DNA from: Dehalococcoidia bacterium
GTDB taxonomy: Bacteria; Chloroflexota; Dehalococcoidia; Lucifugimonadales; VXLM01
Length of the DNA: 64,000 bases
Assembly: GCA_034421575.1 (NCBI GenBank)
Contig: DAOUKG010000017.1
Coordinates: 19,886-83,885 of the forward strand
Reading direction: 5' to 3'
Shown here: positions 36,313 to 45,935 of the stretch, piece after piece
Layout of the letters: each line of letters starts with the position of its first letter
Numbering within the stretch: position 1 is the first letter of the stretch
Position numbers and translations under genes: made by a program
Notes under the pieces: model-generated
What the model was told of the DNA's origin: nothing
The model's database searches: none
What the model saw: the letters and a program-made list of their open reading frames with translations, nothing else

Positions 36313-36621
36313 CTACATCAGTCCCGGAATCTTCAGTCCGCCGGTCAGCGCGGCCATCTGCTTGCTGACGGTCTCTTCCGCTCGTCTCAGGCCGTCGTTC
36401 ACGGCGGCAAGCACCATGTCCTGCAGGAGTTCCACGTCTTCGGGATCGACGACGTCCGGGTCGATGGTGATGGAGAGGACGTGCATCTTGCCGGTAACAG
36501 TGGCGGTGACCGCGCCTCCTCCGGCCGATCCCTCGACCGTGAGGGTCTCCATCTCCTCCTGCATCTGCTCCATGCGCTTCTGGAGCTGCTGCGCCTGCTT
36601 GATCATCCTTTTATTCATCAT
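36313..36621 (-). CDS. ybaB: YbaB/EbfC-family nucleoid-associated protein
   Basis: 102 aa with MIKQAQQLQKRMEQMQEEMETLTVEGSAGGGAVTATVTGK. It sits between dnaX and recR, which is the conserved synteny. Confidence 0.9.
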   Translation of the reverse strand: MMNKRMIKQAQQLQKRMEQMQEEMETLTVEGSAGGGAVTATVTGKMHVLSITIDPDVVDPEDVELLQDMVLAAVNDGLRRAEETVSKQMAALTGGLKIPGLM

Positions 36622-38266
36622 CCGGGGATTCCTCCTTTTCGCTGACCACGCGAGCGCCCATCAAACGCGCTGCCCGCACGAGGTGGCTCTTCTGCGCTAC
36701 GCTCTGCTTGGGGCCGTTTCCGCCCCCGCCTTCAAGCGTCATCGCGATCTCGTAATCGCCTCCCATCGCCTTCTGTACCGCGTCACGAACGAGCCGCCTG
36801 CTTGCAGGGTCGTCGAATTCTTCCTGCATCCGTTCCATGTGCGCCTTGTGGGCGAACACGAGGGTGAGCTTGTCATCCTCGACGCTGCGTTCACGACAGT
36901 CGCGCAACAGGCTGCCGAGGTTGTATTTCTTGCCCTTGGCATGACGGAGCGCCCGGACGACCTGGTCCCATTCCGGGTCTGCCTGCCGTGGCGGCGACGA
37001 GGCCGCAGGCTGGCGGTATTGGGATGGGTCGCGGGCCTCGGGTGGGACGGGTCTGTTACCTGGCGGTGGGCCGCCGGCAGGGGCCGCGGGGCGGGGCTGC
37101 TGGCGTGCCGGTGCGCGAGGGGGCGCCGTACCCTGTCTCGCGGGTGCGGGGGCGGGAGCGGCCGGAGCCGGAGCCGCTTGGACGACGGTAGGCTTGGGCG
37201 CGATGCTCGATTCGACCAAGGCCATCTCCAGGGGGAGCGTCGAGACGAGATCGCGCTTCACGTCGACCGCTGAGAAGGTCTTGAGCACGTGGACGAGATG
37301 GTCCAGGGACAGGCCGTCGGCCAGCTTTCGGAGCTCAACCTTGACCTCCTCGTCAAACCCCAGCGAAGACTCGACGGACGATTTGATAAGGAGTGTCCCT
37401 CGAAGGTGGTCCATGACCATCCGGTGGAACTGCTGAAGGTCCACCCCCTGGGAGCCGACCTCATTGATTACGGCCAGCCCTTCCTTGGTCTCCTTCTTCA
37501 GGGCGTGCTGCGCCAGTTCCAGCGCGCGCTCGTCTCCCCCCAGTTCCAGCAGGTCGCGCACCTGTTCCCCCCGAAGCGGAGAGCCGTAGGACACCATCGC
37601 CTGTTCGAGCAGGTTCTCGGCGTCTCGCAGGCTGCCGGATGACGACCGCGCCAGCAGCGCCAGCGCCTCCGGCTCGACCGTGCAGCCCTCCTGCTTGGCG
37701 AGGGTGTCGAGCTGCATCTGGATGGTGTCGAGAGAGATTCGACGGAAGTCGTACCTCTGGCACCGGGAGATGATCGTGAGGGGCACCTTGTGGATCTCGG
37801 TCGTGGCGAGGATGAAGATCGCGTGATCGGGAGGCTCTTCGAGGGTCTTCAACAGCGCGTTGAAGGCCGGCTCGGTGAGCATGTGGACCTCGTCGATGAT
37901 GTAGACCTTGTACCTGCCCTCGTGGGGGGTATAGCCCACCTTGTCTCGCAGGTCGCGAATGTCGTCGATGCCGCGATTGCTGGCCGCGTCGATCTCGATG
38001 AGGTCCAGCGAGCGGCCTTCGTTTATGGATAAGCAGATGTCGCAGCAATCGTCGGGCTCTCCCTCCTGCGGATCACGGCAGTTGGCGGCCTTCGCCATGA
38101 TGCGGGCCGTGCTCGTCTTGCCCGTTCCACGAGGGCCGGTGAACAGGTAGGCATGGGCAAGCCGTCCAAGCGATACGGCATTCCGCAGCGTCTGGGTGAC
38201 GGCTTCCTGTCCGACGACCTGTTCGAGTCGCCTGGGACGCCACTTTCTGTAAAGGACCTCTGCCAT
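36611..38266 (-). CDS. dnaX: DNA polymerase III subunit gamma/tau
   Basis: YRKWRPRRLEQVVGQE, Walker A GPRGTGKTSTARI, the zinc module CRDPQEGEPDDCCDIC, and YIIDEVHML are present. A Pro/Ala-rich linker is followed by a C-terminal domain. Confidence 0.95.
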   Translation of the reverse strand: MAEVLYRKWRPRRLEQVVGQEAVTQTLRNAVSLGRLAHAYLFTGPRGTGKTSTARIMAKAANCRDPQEGEPDDCCDICLSINEGRSLDLIEIDAASNRGIDDIRDLRDKVGYTPHEGRYKVYIIDEVHMLTEPAFNALLKTLEEPPDHAIFILATTEIHKVPLTIISRCQRYDFRRISLDTIQMQLDTLAKQEGCTVEPEALALLARSSSGSLRDAENLLEQAMVSYGSPLRGEQVRDLLELGGDERALELAQHALKKETKEGLAVINEVGSQGVDLQQFHRMVMDHLRGTLLIKSSVESSLGFDEEVKVELRKLADGLSLDHLVHVLKTFSAVDVKRDLVSTLPLEMALVESSIAPKPTVVQAAPAPAAPAPAPARQGTAPPRAPARQQPRPAAPAGGPPPGNRPVPPEARDPSQYRQPAASSPPRQADPEWDQVVRALRHAKGKKYNLGSLLRDCRERSVEDDKLTLVFAHKAHMERMQEEFDDPASRRLVRDAVQKAMGGDYEIAMTLEGGGGNGPKQSVAQKSHLVRAARLMGARVVSEKEESPDDE

Positions 38267-38404
38267 GTCCCTCCAACGGCGGATGAGAACTCAGATCAGA
38301 GGGCGACAACCCTCACTTGCAACAATGCGAGGCAGACCGTGTGGTCAATCGCCGGGACACCCCGTAGTTTCTCACACAATCGGCCAGTGTGAAACCGGCA
38401 TTTC

Positions 38405-38923
38405 TCAGTTTTGCCGTGACGCCAATCGCTCCATGGCTCGCGACGCGGCCGCATTCATCACTGCCTCGTCATCCGGCTCCTCGTGGTCGTAGCCCAGGAG
38501 GTGCAGAACGCCATGCACCAGCAGGACGGTCAACTCCCGATCGACAGAATGTCCGGCGCGCTCGGCCTGACGGCTCGTTTGAGGGTGCGAGATGATGATC
38601 TCCCCAAGCGACGCTTCGTCATTTTCGGTGGGCGGGAGTACGAAGTCGATATCGGCCCCCGCTCCGCTCCGCTCTCCCTCGCCGTAATACTCTCCCTCAT
38701 GAGTGTACGAAAAGGACAGCACGTCGGTGTTCTCGTCCAGTCCCCTGTGCTGAAGGTTGAGTTCACGGACGACCACATCGTCTGCGATCACCACGCTGAC
38801 GTGGGTGTTGGGGTCGCACGACTCGGACTCCAGCGCGGCGGAGACGGCTTCCAGCACAAGGCTCTCGGAGACGACGTTCTCGAACTCGTCGAATATCTGG
38901 ACGTCAATCTGAAAGTCGGTCAA
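38405..38923 (-). CDS. ybeY: rRNA maturation endoribonuclease YbeY
   Basis: The zinc site HGVLHLLGYDHE is present. Length is 172 aa. Confidence 0.9.
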   Translation of the reverse strand: MTDFQIDVQIFDEFENVVSESLVLEAVSAALESESCDPNTHVSVVIADDVVVRELNLQHRGLDENTDVLSFSYTHEGEYYGEGERSGAGADIDFVLPPTENDEASLGEIIISHPQTSRQAERAGHSVDRELTVLLVHGVLHLLGYDHEEPDDEAVMNAAASRAMERLASRQN

Positions 38924-38963
38924 CGGATTCGAGATCCCTCATGGGCAGGTTTGAAACCTGCCC

Positions 38964-39314
38964 CTACCCAGATTCGCCGTCGGCCTCCGCCTTTCCGGCT
39001 TCGTATCCCTCCGCGTATCCCAGCCGGACCGCGTGGGCCATCGCCGGCACAAGCGCGGTAATGAAGCGGCCCAGGCTCGCCTCATCGGCCTCGTCCGGCA
39101 GTTCGCCCATTTCATTCATCATGATCTGGCCGGCAATCGAGACGTAGGGGCTGAGCCAGTCGGGAACGTAGTAGTCGACCGCCTCATTGTCTGCGGCGTC
39201 CTCGGCGAAAGTCAGCGTGCTGAGGGTCTCGTCATCTCCGCTCTGCGAGGTCAGAAAATCGAGGGCGGCTTGAAAGGACGCCTCAAACTCCTCGAACGGG
39301 TCATACTGTGCCAT
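38964..39314 (-). CDS. hypothetical acidic protein
   Basis: 116-aa ORF, strongly acidic, with no motif I recognise. It is co-directional with ybeY. Confidence 0.45.
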   Translation of the reverse strand: MAQYDPFEEFEASFQAALDFLTSQSGDDETLSTLTFAEDAADNEAVDYYVPDWLSPYVSIAGQIMMNEMGELPDEADEASLGRFITALVPAMAHAVRLGYAEGYEAGKAEADGESG

Positions 39315-39458
39315 GGCGTGACTCCTTCGACAAACCGGCTCTGCGGGCTCTCGGGATAATCCCTATCATAGCAGAATCTCTGTTCGGCAGACCGTCGCAA
39401 TCGAGGCTCGCGTGTCCTCATTCTCGATGGAGACTGTATACTTGCTGGGTGCGCACTA

Positions 39459-42400
39459 ATGCGTCAGGAGCCGTCCTTCGTGCCCGATTCCGCCTTGTAT
39501 TTCGAGCCATTTGAGCAGGCCCAAGAGCGCCTCGAACATCTGCTTGCCGAGTACCAGGCGGATGACAGCCTCGCGCCGGTCACCGTCATAGTTCCCTCAA
39601 CTTACGCCGGGCTGCATCTGCGTCGCGACATCGGGAGGCGCGGCCTCGTGAACGTGCAGTTCATGGTGCTTTCGCGCCTCGCGGAGCTGCTCGGGGCTCC
39701 AGGCCTGGCCGCCAAGGGAATGAGACCCCTGAAGCCCCTTATCGAGTCCGCCGCAGTCCGGGGCGTGGCACAGGGCGCTTCAGGACAGCTCGAACAGTTT
39801 CGCGATCATCCATCCTTCCATTCCAGCCTACGCTCAACATTCCGCGACCTACGCTACGCCACTCCATCCGCGCTTGCCGCTCTTAAGGGGCGTGGTGGGA
39901 TTTCAAGCGAGATCGTCCGGCTGTACGGACTCTATCAAGAGCGCGTCAAGACGTACTACGACCGCGAGTCGCTCACCGACGCTGCCGCCGACGCGGTGGC
40001 GAGTGGCAACGCAACGGCGCTGGCCGACCTCGGACCCGTCATCGCCTATCTCCTGCGAGCCCTCACTCCCGGCGAGCGGAGGCTGCTCGACGCCCTCAGA
40101 GAGGCGTGGACCTGCTCGACCGTCCTGGGTGTGACCGGAGAACCGCAGACCGACGAGGACGTACTGGGCATCGCCCAGCCACGGGGCACAGACCATCCTC
40201 AGCGAACAGTGCCAACGCCCCACTCCGAGACGAGCCTGCTCATAACCACAGACACGCGCGAGGAAGTGCGGAACGTGGTGAGGGGCATTGCTTCCGCCGC
40301 GCACGAGGGGACACCGTTCAATCGAATGGCCGTCCTGTACTGGCAGCGAGAGCCGTACGCCTCGCTCATAGCCGAGCAGTTCGCCATGGCAGAGGTGTCT
40401 GCGGCCGGACCGTCGGCGGGAAGGCTGGCTTCGACGCCGGTCGGACGAATGGTGAAGGGCATGGTCTCGCTTGCGGGCGGCGACCTGCCGAGAGACGAGG
40501 TCACCGGGTGGCTCACGTCGTCTCCGGTGAAGTCCACGGCGTCGGGTTTTCGACCCTCCCGTTGGGATGGGATATCTCGCGATGCGGGAGTCGTCGCCGG
40601 TATTGAGCAATGGAGCGACCGCCTTGCACGGTACGCGGGCCGCCAGGAACGAGCGGCAAAGGACCGGAGCGAGGACATCGCCGATGCAAGGCGGCTGAGA
40701 TTGGAGCGGTCCGCGAAGGAGACGTGGGCGCTGCGTCGTTTCATGTCGAAGCTTAACGACGACCTCACGCCCCCTGAGGATGGCGGGTCATGGGCGGACT
40801 TCGTTGAATGGGTCGAGGGCCTGATAGTTCGATACATGGACAGTGCCGGGCTGCCGCCAAAGGAAGCGCAAAACCTGGAAGCCCTGGAGTCCGCCGTCAG
40901 GGAGTTGGCAAGCCTGGACGACGTGGATAAGGAGGGGACGACTCTGGACGGTTTTCGCTCCGCGCTGGACGAGGCGCTCGGCAGGGCCGCCGCGCGAGAG
41001 GGCGCGTACGGAGATGGTGTGTTCGCCGGTCCCGTCGGAAACGCCGTCGGACTGCGGTTCGACCGGGTATACCTCCTGGGCATGGTCGAGGGCCTCGTGC
41101 CCCCGCGCGTACGCGACGACCCCTTGCTCCCTGAACGCGAGCGCAAGCAGGCAGGACTCCCGCAGAGGCGCAGCGTGAGCGTCGAAAGGTACGAGTTCCT
41201 TGCCGCGGCCTCATCCGGGCGCAAGAGGGTTCTCACGTTCGCGCGCGGCGATAACGCGGCAATGAGAGAGCAGCATCCATCAAGCTGGTTCCTCGCAGAG
41301 GCGTCACGACTCAACGGCGCTTCCGTCTATCCTTCCATGCTCTCCTCACCGGAAGAGCTAGCTGCCCTGAAGCAGCAACCATGGTTCGAAGAGGTGGCGT
41401 CCTCCCAGGACAGCATCGATGCCGTTTCAAATTCGCAGCCTGCCGACCTTCACGACTACGATCTCAACCGGCTCTGGCGTTGGCGACGCTCCGGCAAGCG
41501 CATCGGCGACCACTATCTCGCCGAGTCGGAGGACGTTCTGGAGAGAGCCCTGCGGATGGAGCGGGCGAGGAACTCAAGAGCGTTGACGGCTTGGGACGGA
41601 GACCTCTCGGCGACGTCTTTCTCTTCGGGACGAATCGGTCTCTCCAGCAGCGACATCTTCTCCCCGACGAGGCTTGAGACGTGGGCGACGTGTCCGTACC
41701 GCTACTTCCTCTCGAACGTCCTCGGAATCGCCGCCCTGGAGCAGCCTGAGGAAATAGCGACGATCTCTCCTCTGGAGCGAGGCTCGCTGATTCACGCCGT
41801 CCTAGAACGCTTCATTCGAGCGGCGCAGGAGCAGGGAACGCTTCCTGATCACGATCAGCCATGGACGGACGACCACCTCAGGACGCTCATGGGCATCACC
41901 GAGGAGGAGTTCCGAAATGCCGAGCAGCGCGGCATCACCGGCAAGCGGCTCCTGTGGGAGATCGCTCAGGCCGAGATCAGAACTGATCTCCAAACGTTCT
42001 TGGATGAGGACTTCATACTTCGCAAGAGGCACGGAGTCGCTCCGCATGGGGTCGAAAGCGAGTTCGGGACTTCCCGACGGCAGCCGGGGGAAGCCACCGT
42101 TCAGGGGCCCGTTGAATGGGGCACGCTCAGATTCCGCGGCGTGATCGACCGCATCGATGTCTCGCCGTTGGGCGATACCGCCCTTGTGCTCGACTACAAG
42201 ACGGGTGGAACGAGCGAATACACGAACATGACCAAAGACCCCATAAGGCGTGGGACTCGCCTGCAGTTGCCGGTGTACGGTCTCGCGGCCCGCGAGTTGC
42301 TGGGCCAAGGCATGGAAGTGCTGGTCGCCTACTGGTTCGTGTCGTCCAGGGGAGAGTTCAGAACACGCCCCCCGAAACCTGCGCACCTCGACGATATGCT

Positions 42401-42605
42401 CGATTCATTCACCGAGGCCGTGGAGACGATCACCGACGGCATCGGCAGGGGCCTCTTTCCCGCCAACCCCGGCAGGAGTGGGAACAATTGCCGGTACTGC
42501 GATTTCAAGCACCTCTGTCCCACGAGGCGCGTGAGGGACTGGGAGCGAAAGCGAGGGGACGAACGGTTGGAAGACTACGTGACGCTGGCGGAGGGCGACC
42601 AATGA
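39459..42605 (+). CDS. addB: AddB-like helicase-nuclease subunit (PD-(D/E)XK nuclease with Fe-S cluster, degenerate N-terminal ATPase)
   Basis: 1048 aa. The C-terminal RecB-type nuclease has ALVLDYKTG. The four Cys of the AddB iron staple are WATCPYRYF plus NNCRYCDFKHLC. The stop overlaps the addA start (ATGA). Confidence 0.75.
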   Translation: MRQEPSFVPDSALYFEPFEQAQERLEHLLAEYQADDSLAPVTVIVPSTYAGLHLRRDIGRRGLVNVQFMVLSRLAELLGAPGLAAKGMRPLKPLIESAAVRGVAQGASGQLEQFRDHPSFHSSLRSTFRDLRYATPSALAALKGRGGISSEIVRLYGLYQERVKTYYDRESLTDAAADAVASGNATALADLGPVIAYLLRALTPGERRLLDALREAWTCSTVLGVTGEPQTDEDVLGIAQPRGTDHPQRTVPTPHSETSLLITTDTREEVRNVVRGIASAAHEGTPFNRMAVLYWQREPYASLIAEQFAMAEVSAAGPSAGRLASTPVGRMVKGMVSLAGGDLPRDEVTGWLTSSPVKSTASGFRPSRWDGISRDAGVVAGIEQWSDRLARYAGRQERAAKDRSEDIADARRLRLERSAKETWALRRFMSKLNDDLTPPEDGGSWADFVEWVEGLIVRYMDSAGLPPKEAQNLEALESAVRELASLDDVDKEGTTLDGFRSALDEALGRAAAREGAYGDGVFAGPVGNAVGLRFDRVYLLGMVEGLVPPRVRDDPLLPERERKQAGLPQRRSVSVERYEFLAAASSGRKRVLTFARGDNAAMREQHPSSWFLAEASRLNGASVYPSMLSSPEELAALKQQPWFEEVASSQDSIDAVSNSQPADLHDYDLNRLWRWRRSGKRIGDHYLAESEDVLERALRMERARNSRALTAWDGDLSATSFSSGRIGLSSSDIFSPTRLETWATCPYRYFLSNVLGIAALEQPEEIATISPLERGSLIHAVLERFIRAAQEQGTLPDHDQPWTDDHLRTLMGITEEEFRNAEQRGITGKRLLWEIAQAEIRTDLQTFLDEDFILRKRHGVAPHGVESEFGTSRRQPGEATVQGPVEWGTLRFRGVIDRIDVSPLGDTALVLDYKTGGTSEYTNMTKDPIRRGTRLQLPVYGLAARELLGQGMEVLVAYWFVSSRGEFRTRPPKPAHLDDMLDSFTEAVETITDGIGRGLFPANPGRSGNNCRYCDFKHLCPTRRVRDWERKRGDERLEDYVTLAEGDQ

Positions 42606-45600
42606 CCATTCCTTCCGATCAGCCCGCGCGGGACGCGATCCGTAAATGCCTCGACGAGAACATGGTCGTCGAGGCGGGCGCGGGCACGGGCAAGACGACA
42701 AGCCTCGTCGAACGCATCGTCGCGCTGATAGCGACCGAAAAGGCACGGAGCATAGGCGGTATTGCAGCCATCACGTTCACCGAAGCCGCCGCCGCCGAGC
42801 TGCGCTCCCGTATTGGGGAGAGACTTGAAAGAGTCGGCAGCGATCCCAACCGTCAGCAGGTGGAGCGTTTACGCTGCGAGCGGGCGGTGGCGGACCTCGA
42901 TCAGGCCTCCATTCAGACCCTGCACAGCTTTGCAGGCAGCCTCCTGCGCGAACGGCCCCTGGAGGCCGGCCTCCCGCCGGGATTCGGCATTCGCGACGAG
43001 ATCGAGTCGGAGGTCGCATTCGAGAAATACTGGTCGGACTGGCTGGACACGACTCTCGACGACCCCGAGGGACAGGAGGCGCTTCGTCCCGCTCTTGCTG
43101 AGGGGATGACCTTGAGGCAAATCAGGGAGATAGCGCTCAAGTTTCACCAGAACTACGATCTTCTGGCCGAAGCCACGTTCGAGCTGTCTTCCGGCGAAGA
43201 GCCGGAGGGCGAGAGAGAGCACATCCTGATCCCGGTGCTCGAACTGCTTCGACGTTTTGCCCTCGACTATGCCGCCGAGCGGAAGGCGGCAGGAGAGGTC
43301 GAGTTCCAAGACCTGCTGGTGCTCGCACGCGACCTGCTGAGGGACAGTTTCGACGCCCGCGACCACTTCAGGGGGCGCTACTCCCGCATCCTCATCGACG
43401 AGGTACAGGATACCGATCCCCTGCAGGCTGAGCTTGCCATGTTCCTCGCCGAAGACGTGCCCGACGAGGCGGACACTGCCAACCGTCCAAGGGTCTGGCG
43501 CGATGTGCGTCCCCAGGCGGGAAAGCTGTTCATCGTGGGAGACCCAAAGCAGTCAATCTACCGCTTCCGGCGGGCGGACATCCAGCAGGTCGGGCAGCTG
43601 CAGGCGGCCGTGGGCGGGCCGAAGGTGGTTCTGACGCAGAACTTCCGGTCACTGCCTCCCGTCATCAAATGGGTGAACCACGTATTCCCCCAGTGGATGG
43701 CAGAAGGCGCCGAGCAACCTGGGTACTCTCCTCTCAAAGCCAAGTCGGAGCATAGCGATCCGCCCGTCGTCAGGCACATGGGAGGTGCGCTCGGCGGCAA
43801 CGTTGCGGAGGTGCGCCGGCAGGAAGCCGAGGCCATTCGGCGCACGATAGAGACCGTGGTCGCGGAGGGCTGGCCCGTCAGGCGAGAGGACGGTGCGCGG
43901 AAGCCTCCGACAGCCAGTTACCACGACATCTGCGTTCTGGCGCCGAGCCGCCTGGGGTTCGATGAGCTTGAGTCGGCATTTGAGACGGCAGGCATACCCT
44001 ACCGACTCGAAAGCGCCTCCCTCGTATACCAAACACAGGAGGCGCGAGACCTCCTGAACTGCATCTCGGCCATCGACGACCCTACCGATCAGGTCTCCGT
44101 CGTTGCCGCGCTTCGCTCTCCGGCATTCGCATGCTCGGACGAGGACCTGCTTCACTTCGTCGAAGCCGGGGGACAGTTCGACTACCTCGCCGATGAGTCA
44201 TCGGCGACGGGCAACGTTTCCGATGGCCTCGCCGTCCTGAAGGAATTCCACGAGCGGCGTCGATGGACCTCTCCGGCGGCGCTCATCGAGGAGTTCGTGA
44301 GAAATCGACGTCTCATGGAGCTTGCCCTGGACAACCGCCAGTGGCGACCTCGATGGTCGCGTTACCGGTTCCTGATTGACCGGGCGCGGGCCTTCGCCGC
44401 GTCGGGTGAAACGTCCCTGCGAGCATACATCAACTGGACGGTCCGCCAACGTGACGAGCAGGCAAGAGCGCAGGAAACGGCTGTCCCGGAGTCGGATGAG
44501 AACGCGGTGAGAGTCATGACCGTTCACGCGGCGAAGGGTCTCGAATTTCCCATCCTTATCTTGGCAGGCCTGAATGCCGGCCAATCTCAGCGAGCGGAAC
44601 CCGTGAGGTTCAACCGCGATAGCGGAAGAGTCGAAGTGAAGGTCGGCCCGAAGGACCTGGTCTTTTGTACTGGCGGATACGAAGAACTGGCAGCATACGA
44701 CAAGGAACGGGAGGAGGAGGAGGACGTGCGGCTGATGTACGTTGCGGCCACCCGCGCCCGCGATCACCTCATCGTCAGCCTATATCGGAACTCAAGGGGC
44801 AAGAACTCGGCAGCGGCACGGATTGAGGAGTTCATGACGGGGGCGGGCCGTCTATGGCAGCAGTTCGTCCCACCGGCGCCTGAGGACCTCAGCGACCCTG
44901 GACCACAGGACGAGTCTTCCGAACCCGACGTCGACACCCCCGCGATGCGAAGGCAGTGGCAAGATGCAAGGCGCGAAGTGTACGGGGCGCGGTCTCTCCC
45001 CACATCCGCTGCCGCGACCACGCTCGCCAAGGAAAAGAAGAACGAGCAGGACGTACAAGACGAACCGTGGAGACGCGGGCGGGCGGGGACTTCCATTGGC
45101 CGCGCCGTTCACGCGGTCCTGCAGGTTGTAGACCTGAAGACGGGAGACGGCCTGACCGACATTGCCTCGGCACAGGCAGCCGCCGAAGGTCTGCCCGGAC
45201 GTGCCGATGAAATCGCCCGGCTCGCGCGAAGGGCGCTCGACAGCCCGCTTGTTCATCGAGCGCTGGAATCGGGACGATGGTGGAGAGAGACGCCGGTGGC
45301 CGGACCCGTCGGAGACGGGATCGTAGAGGGCTTCATCGACCTGCTCTTCGAGGAGGAGGACGGCTACGTCGTCGTGGACTACAAGACCGACGCCGTCCGC
45401 ACCGACGAAGATATCGACAGGGCAATGGGGCGGTACCGTCTGCAGGGCGGCAGCTACGCTCTCGCATTGAGCAAAGCGACCGGCCTCAACGTGAAGGAAG
45501 TCTCATTCCTCTTCCTGGAACCGAGACGCGAGGTTGCCGTAGAAGACCTGCCCGGCGCGATGCTGGAAGCGGAGCAGGCTGCCACGGCCCTCTTCAAGGG

Positions 45601-45622
45601 CGAGACGGCTTCCACCTTGTAA
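42602..45622 (+). CDS. addA: AddA/RecB-like UvrD-family helicase-nuclease subunit
   Basis: It starts MTIPSDQPARDAI. Walker A is AGAGTGKTT and motif II is ILIDEVQDT. FIVGDPKQSIYRFRRA and VMTVHAAKGLEFP are present. The C-terminal nuclease motif is GFIDLLFEEEDGYVVVDYKTD. Confidence 0.85.
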   Translation: MTIPSDQPARDAIRKCLDENMVVEAGAGTGKTTSLVERIVALIATEKARSIGGIAAITFTEAAAAELRSRIGERLERVGSDPNRQQVERLRCERAVADLDQASIQTLHSFAGSLLRERPLEAGLPPGFGIRDEIESEVAFEKYWSDWLDTTLDDPEGQEALRPALAEGMTLRQIREIALKFHQNYDLLAEATFELSSGEEPEGEREHILIPVLELLRRFALDYAAERKAAGEVEFQDLLVLARDLLRDSFDARDHFRGRYSRILIDEVQDTDPLQAELAMFLAEDVPDEADTANRPRVWRDVRPQAGKLFIVGDPKQSIYRFRRADIQQVGQLQAAVGGPKVVLTQNFRSLPPVIKWVNHVFPQWMAEGAEQPGYSPLKAKSEHSDPPVVRHMGGALGGNVAEVRRQEAEAIRRTIETVVAEGWPVRREDGARKPPTASYHDICVLAPSRLGFDELESAFETAGIPYRLESASLVYQTQEARDLLNCISAIDDPTDQVSVVAALRSPAFACSDEDLLHFVEAGGQFDYLADESSATGNVSDGLAVLKEFHERRRWTSPAALIEEFVRNRRLMELALDNRQWRPRWSRYRFLIDRARAFAASGETSLRAYINWTVRQRDEQARAQETAVPESDENAVRVMTVHAAKGLEFPILILAGLNAGQSQRAEPVRFNRDSGRVEVKVGPKDLVFCTGGYEELAAYDKEREEEEDVRLMYVAATRARDHLIVSLYRNSRGKNSAAARIEEFMTGAGRLWQQFVPPAPEDLSDPGPQDESSEPDVDTPAMRRQWQDARREVYGARSLPTSAAATTLAKEKKNEQDVQDEPWRRGRAGTSIGRAVHAVLQVVDLKTGDGLTDIASAQAAAEGLPGRADEIARLARRALDSPLVHRALESGRWWRETPVAGPVGDGIVEGFIDLLFEEEDGYVVVDYKTDAVRTDEDIDRAMGRYRLQGGSYALALSKATGLNVKEVSFLFLEPRREVAVEDLPGAMLEAEQAATALFKGETASTL

Positions 45623-45935
45623 ATCCTTGCTTAGCCCCCTCTCCCGTTCGCGGGAGAGAGCTTGCCCCGTACTCGATACGGGGGCTGGGGTGAGGGTAAA
45701 AGGCACGACACTGCAACGTACCTCGCTTCTGCCGTATGCCTAAGAGGTCGTCTAAATGGCGCTCCGTTCACCCTGAGCTTGTCGAAGGGTGAAAGTGTAA
45801 TTCATGGTTCGACAAGCTCACCACGAACGGTTTCGATTGATTTACTCAGAGTAATTCGGCCCTAGCCGGAATGACGGTTCCGGTTGATTTGGGCTATACT
45901 CGCTTCGCCATTCCAACCCGTATCCGCTGACCGAC

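Noticed and set aside
36611-38266. Programmed frameshift or slippery site in dnaX (gamma/tau)
   Set aside because: No A-rich slippery heptamer or long A-run is visible on the coding strand. I cannot support it.
38267-38404. SRP (4.5S) RNA, which often precedes dnaX
   Set aside because: I reverse-complemented the spacer. I could not find the conserved helix-8 GGAA tetraloop or AGCA-type symmetric-loop motifs. An Infernal scan would be needed to be certain.
39315-39458. SOS/LexA-type operator in the divergent spacer upstream of addB
   Set aside because: No palindrome of the CGAAC-N4-GTTCG or other known LexA types is present. There is only a weak TGTATACT -10-like string.
42116-42601. Upstream extension of the AddA ORF (the track starts it at 42116)
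   Set aside because: The extension overlaps the well-supported C-terminal nuclease/Fe-S domain of AddB in another frame and translates to an Arg/Pro-rich sequence. ATG 42602 overlaps the AddB stop (ATGA) and gives a normal UvrD-type N-terminus.
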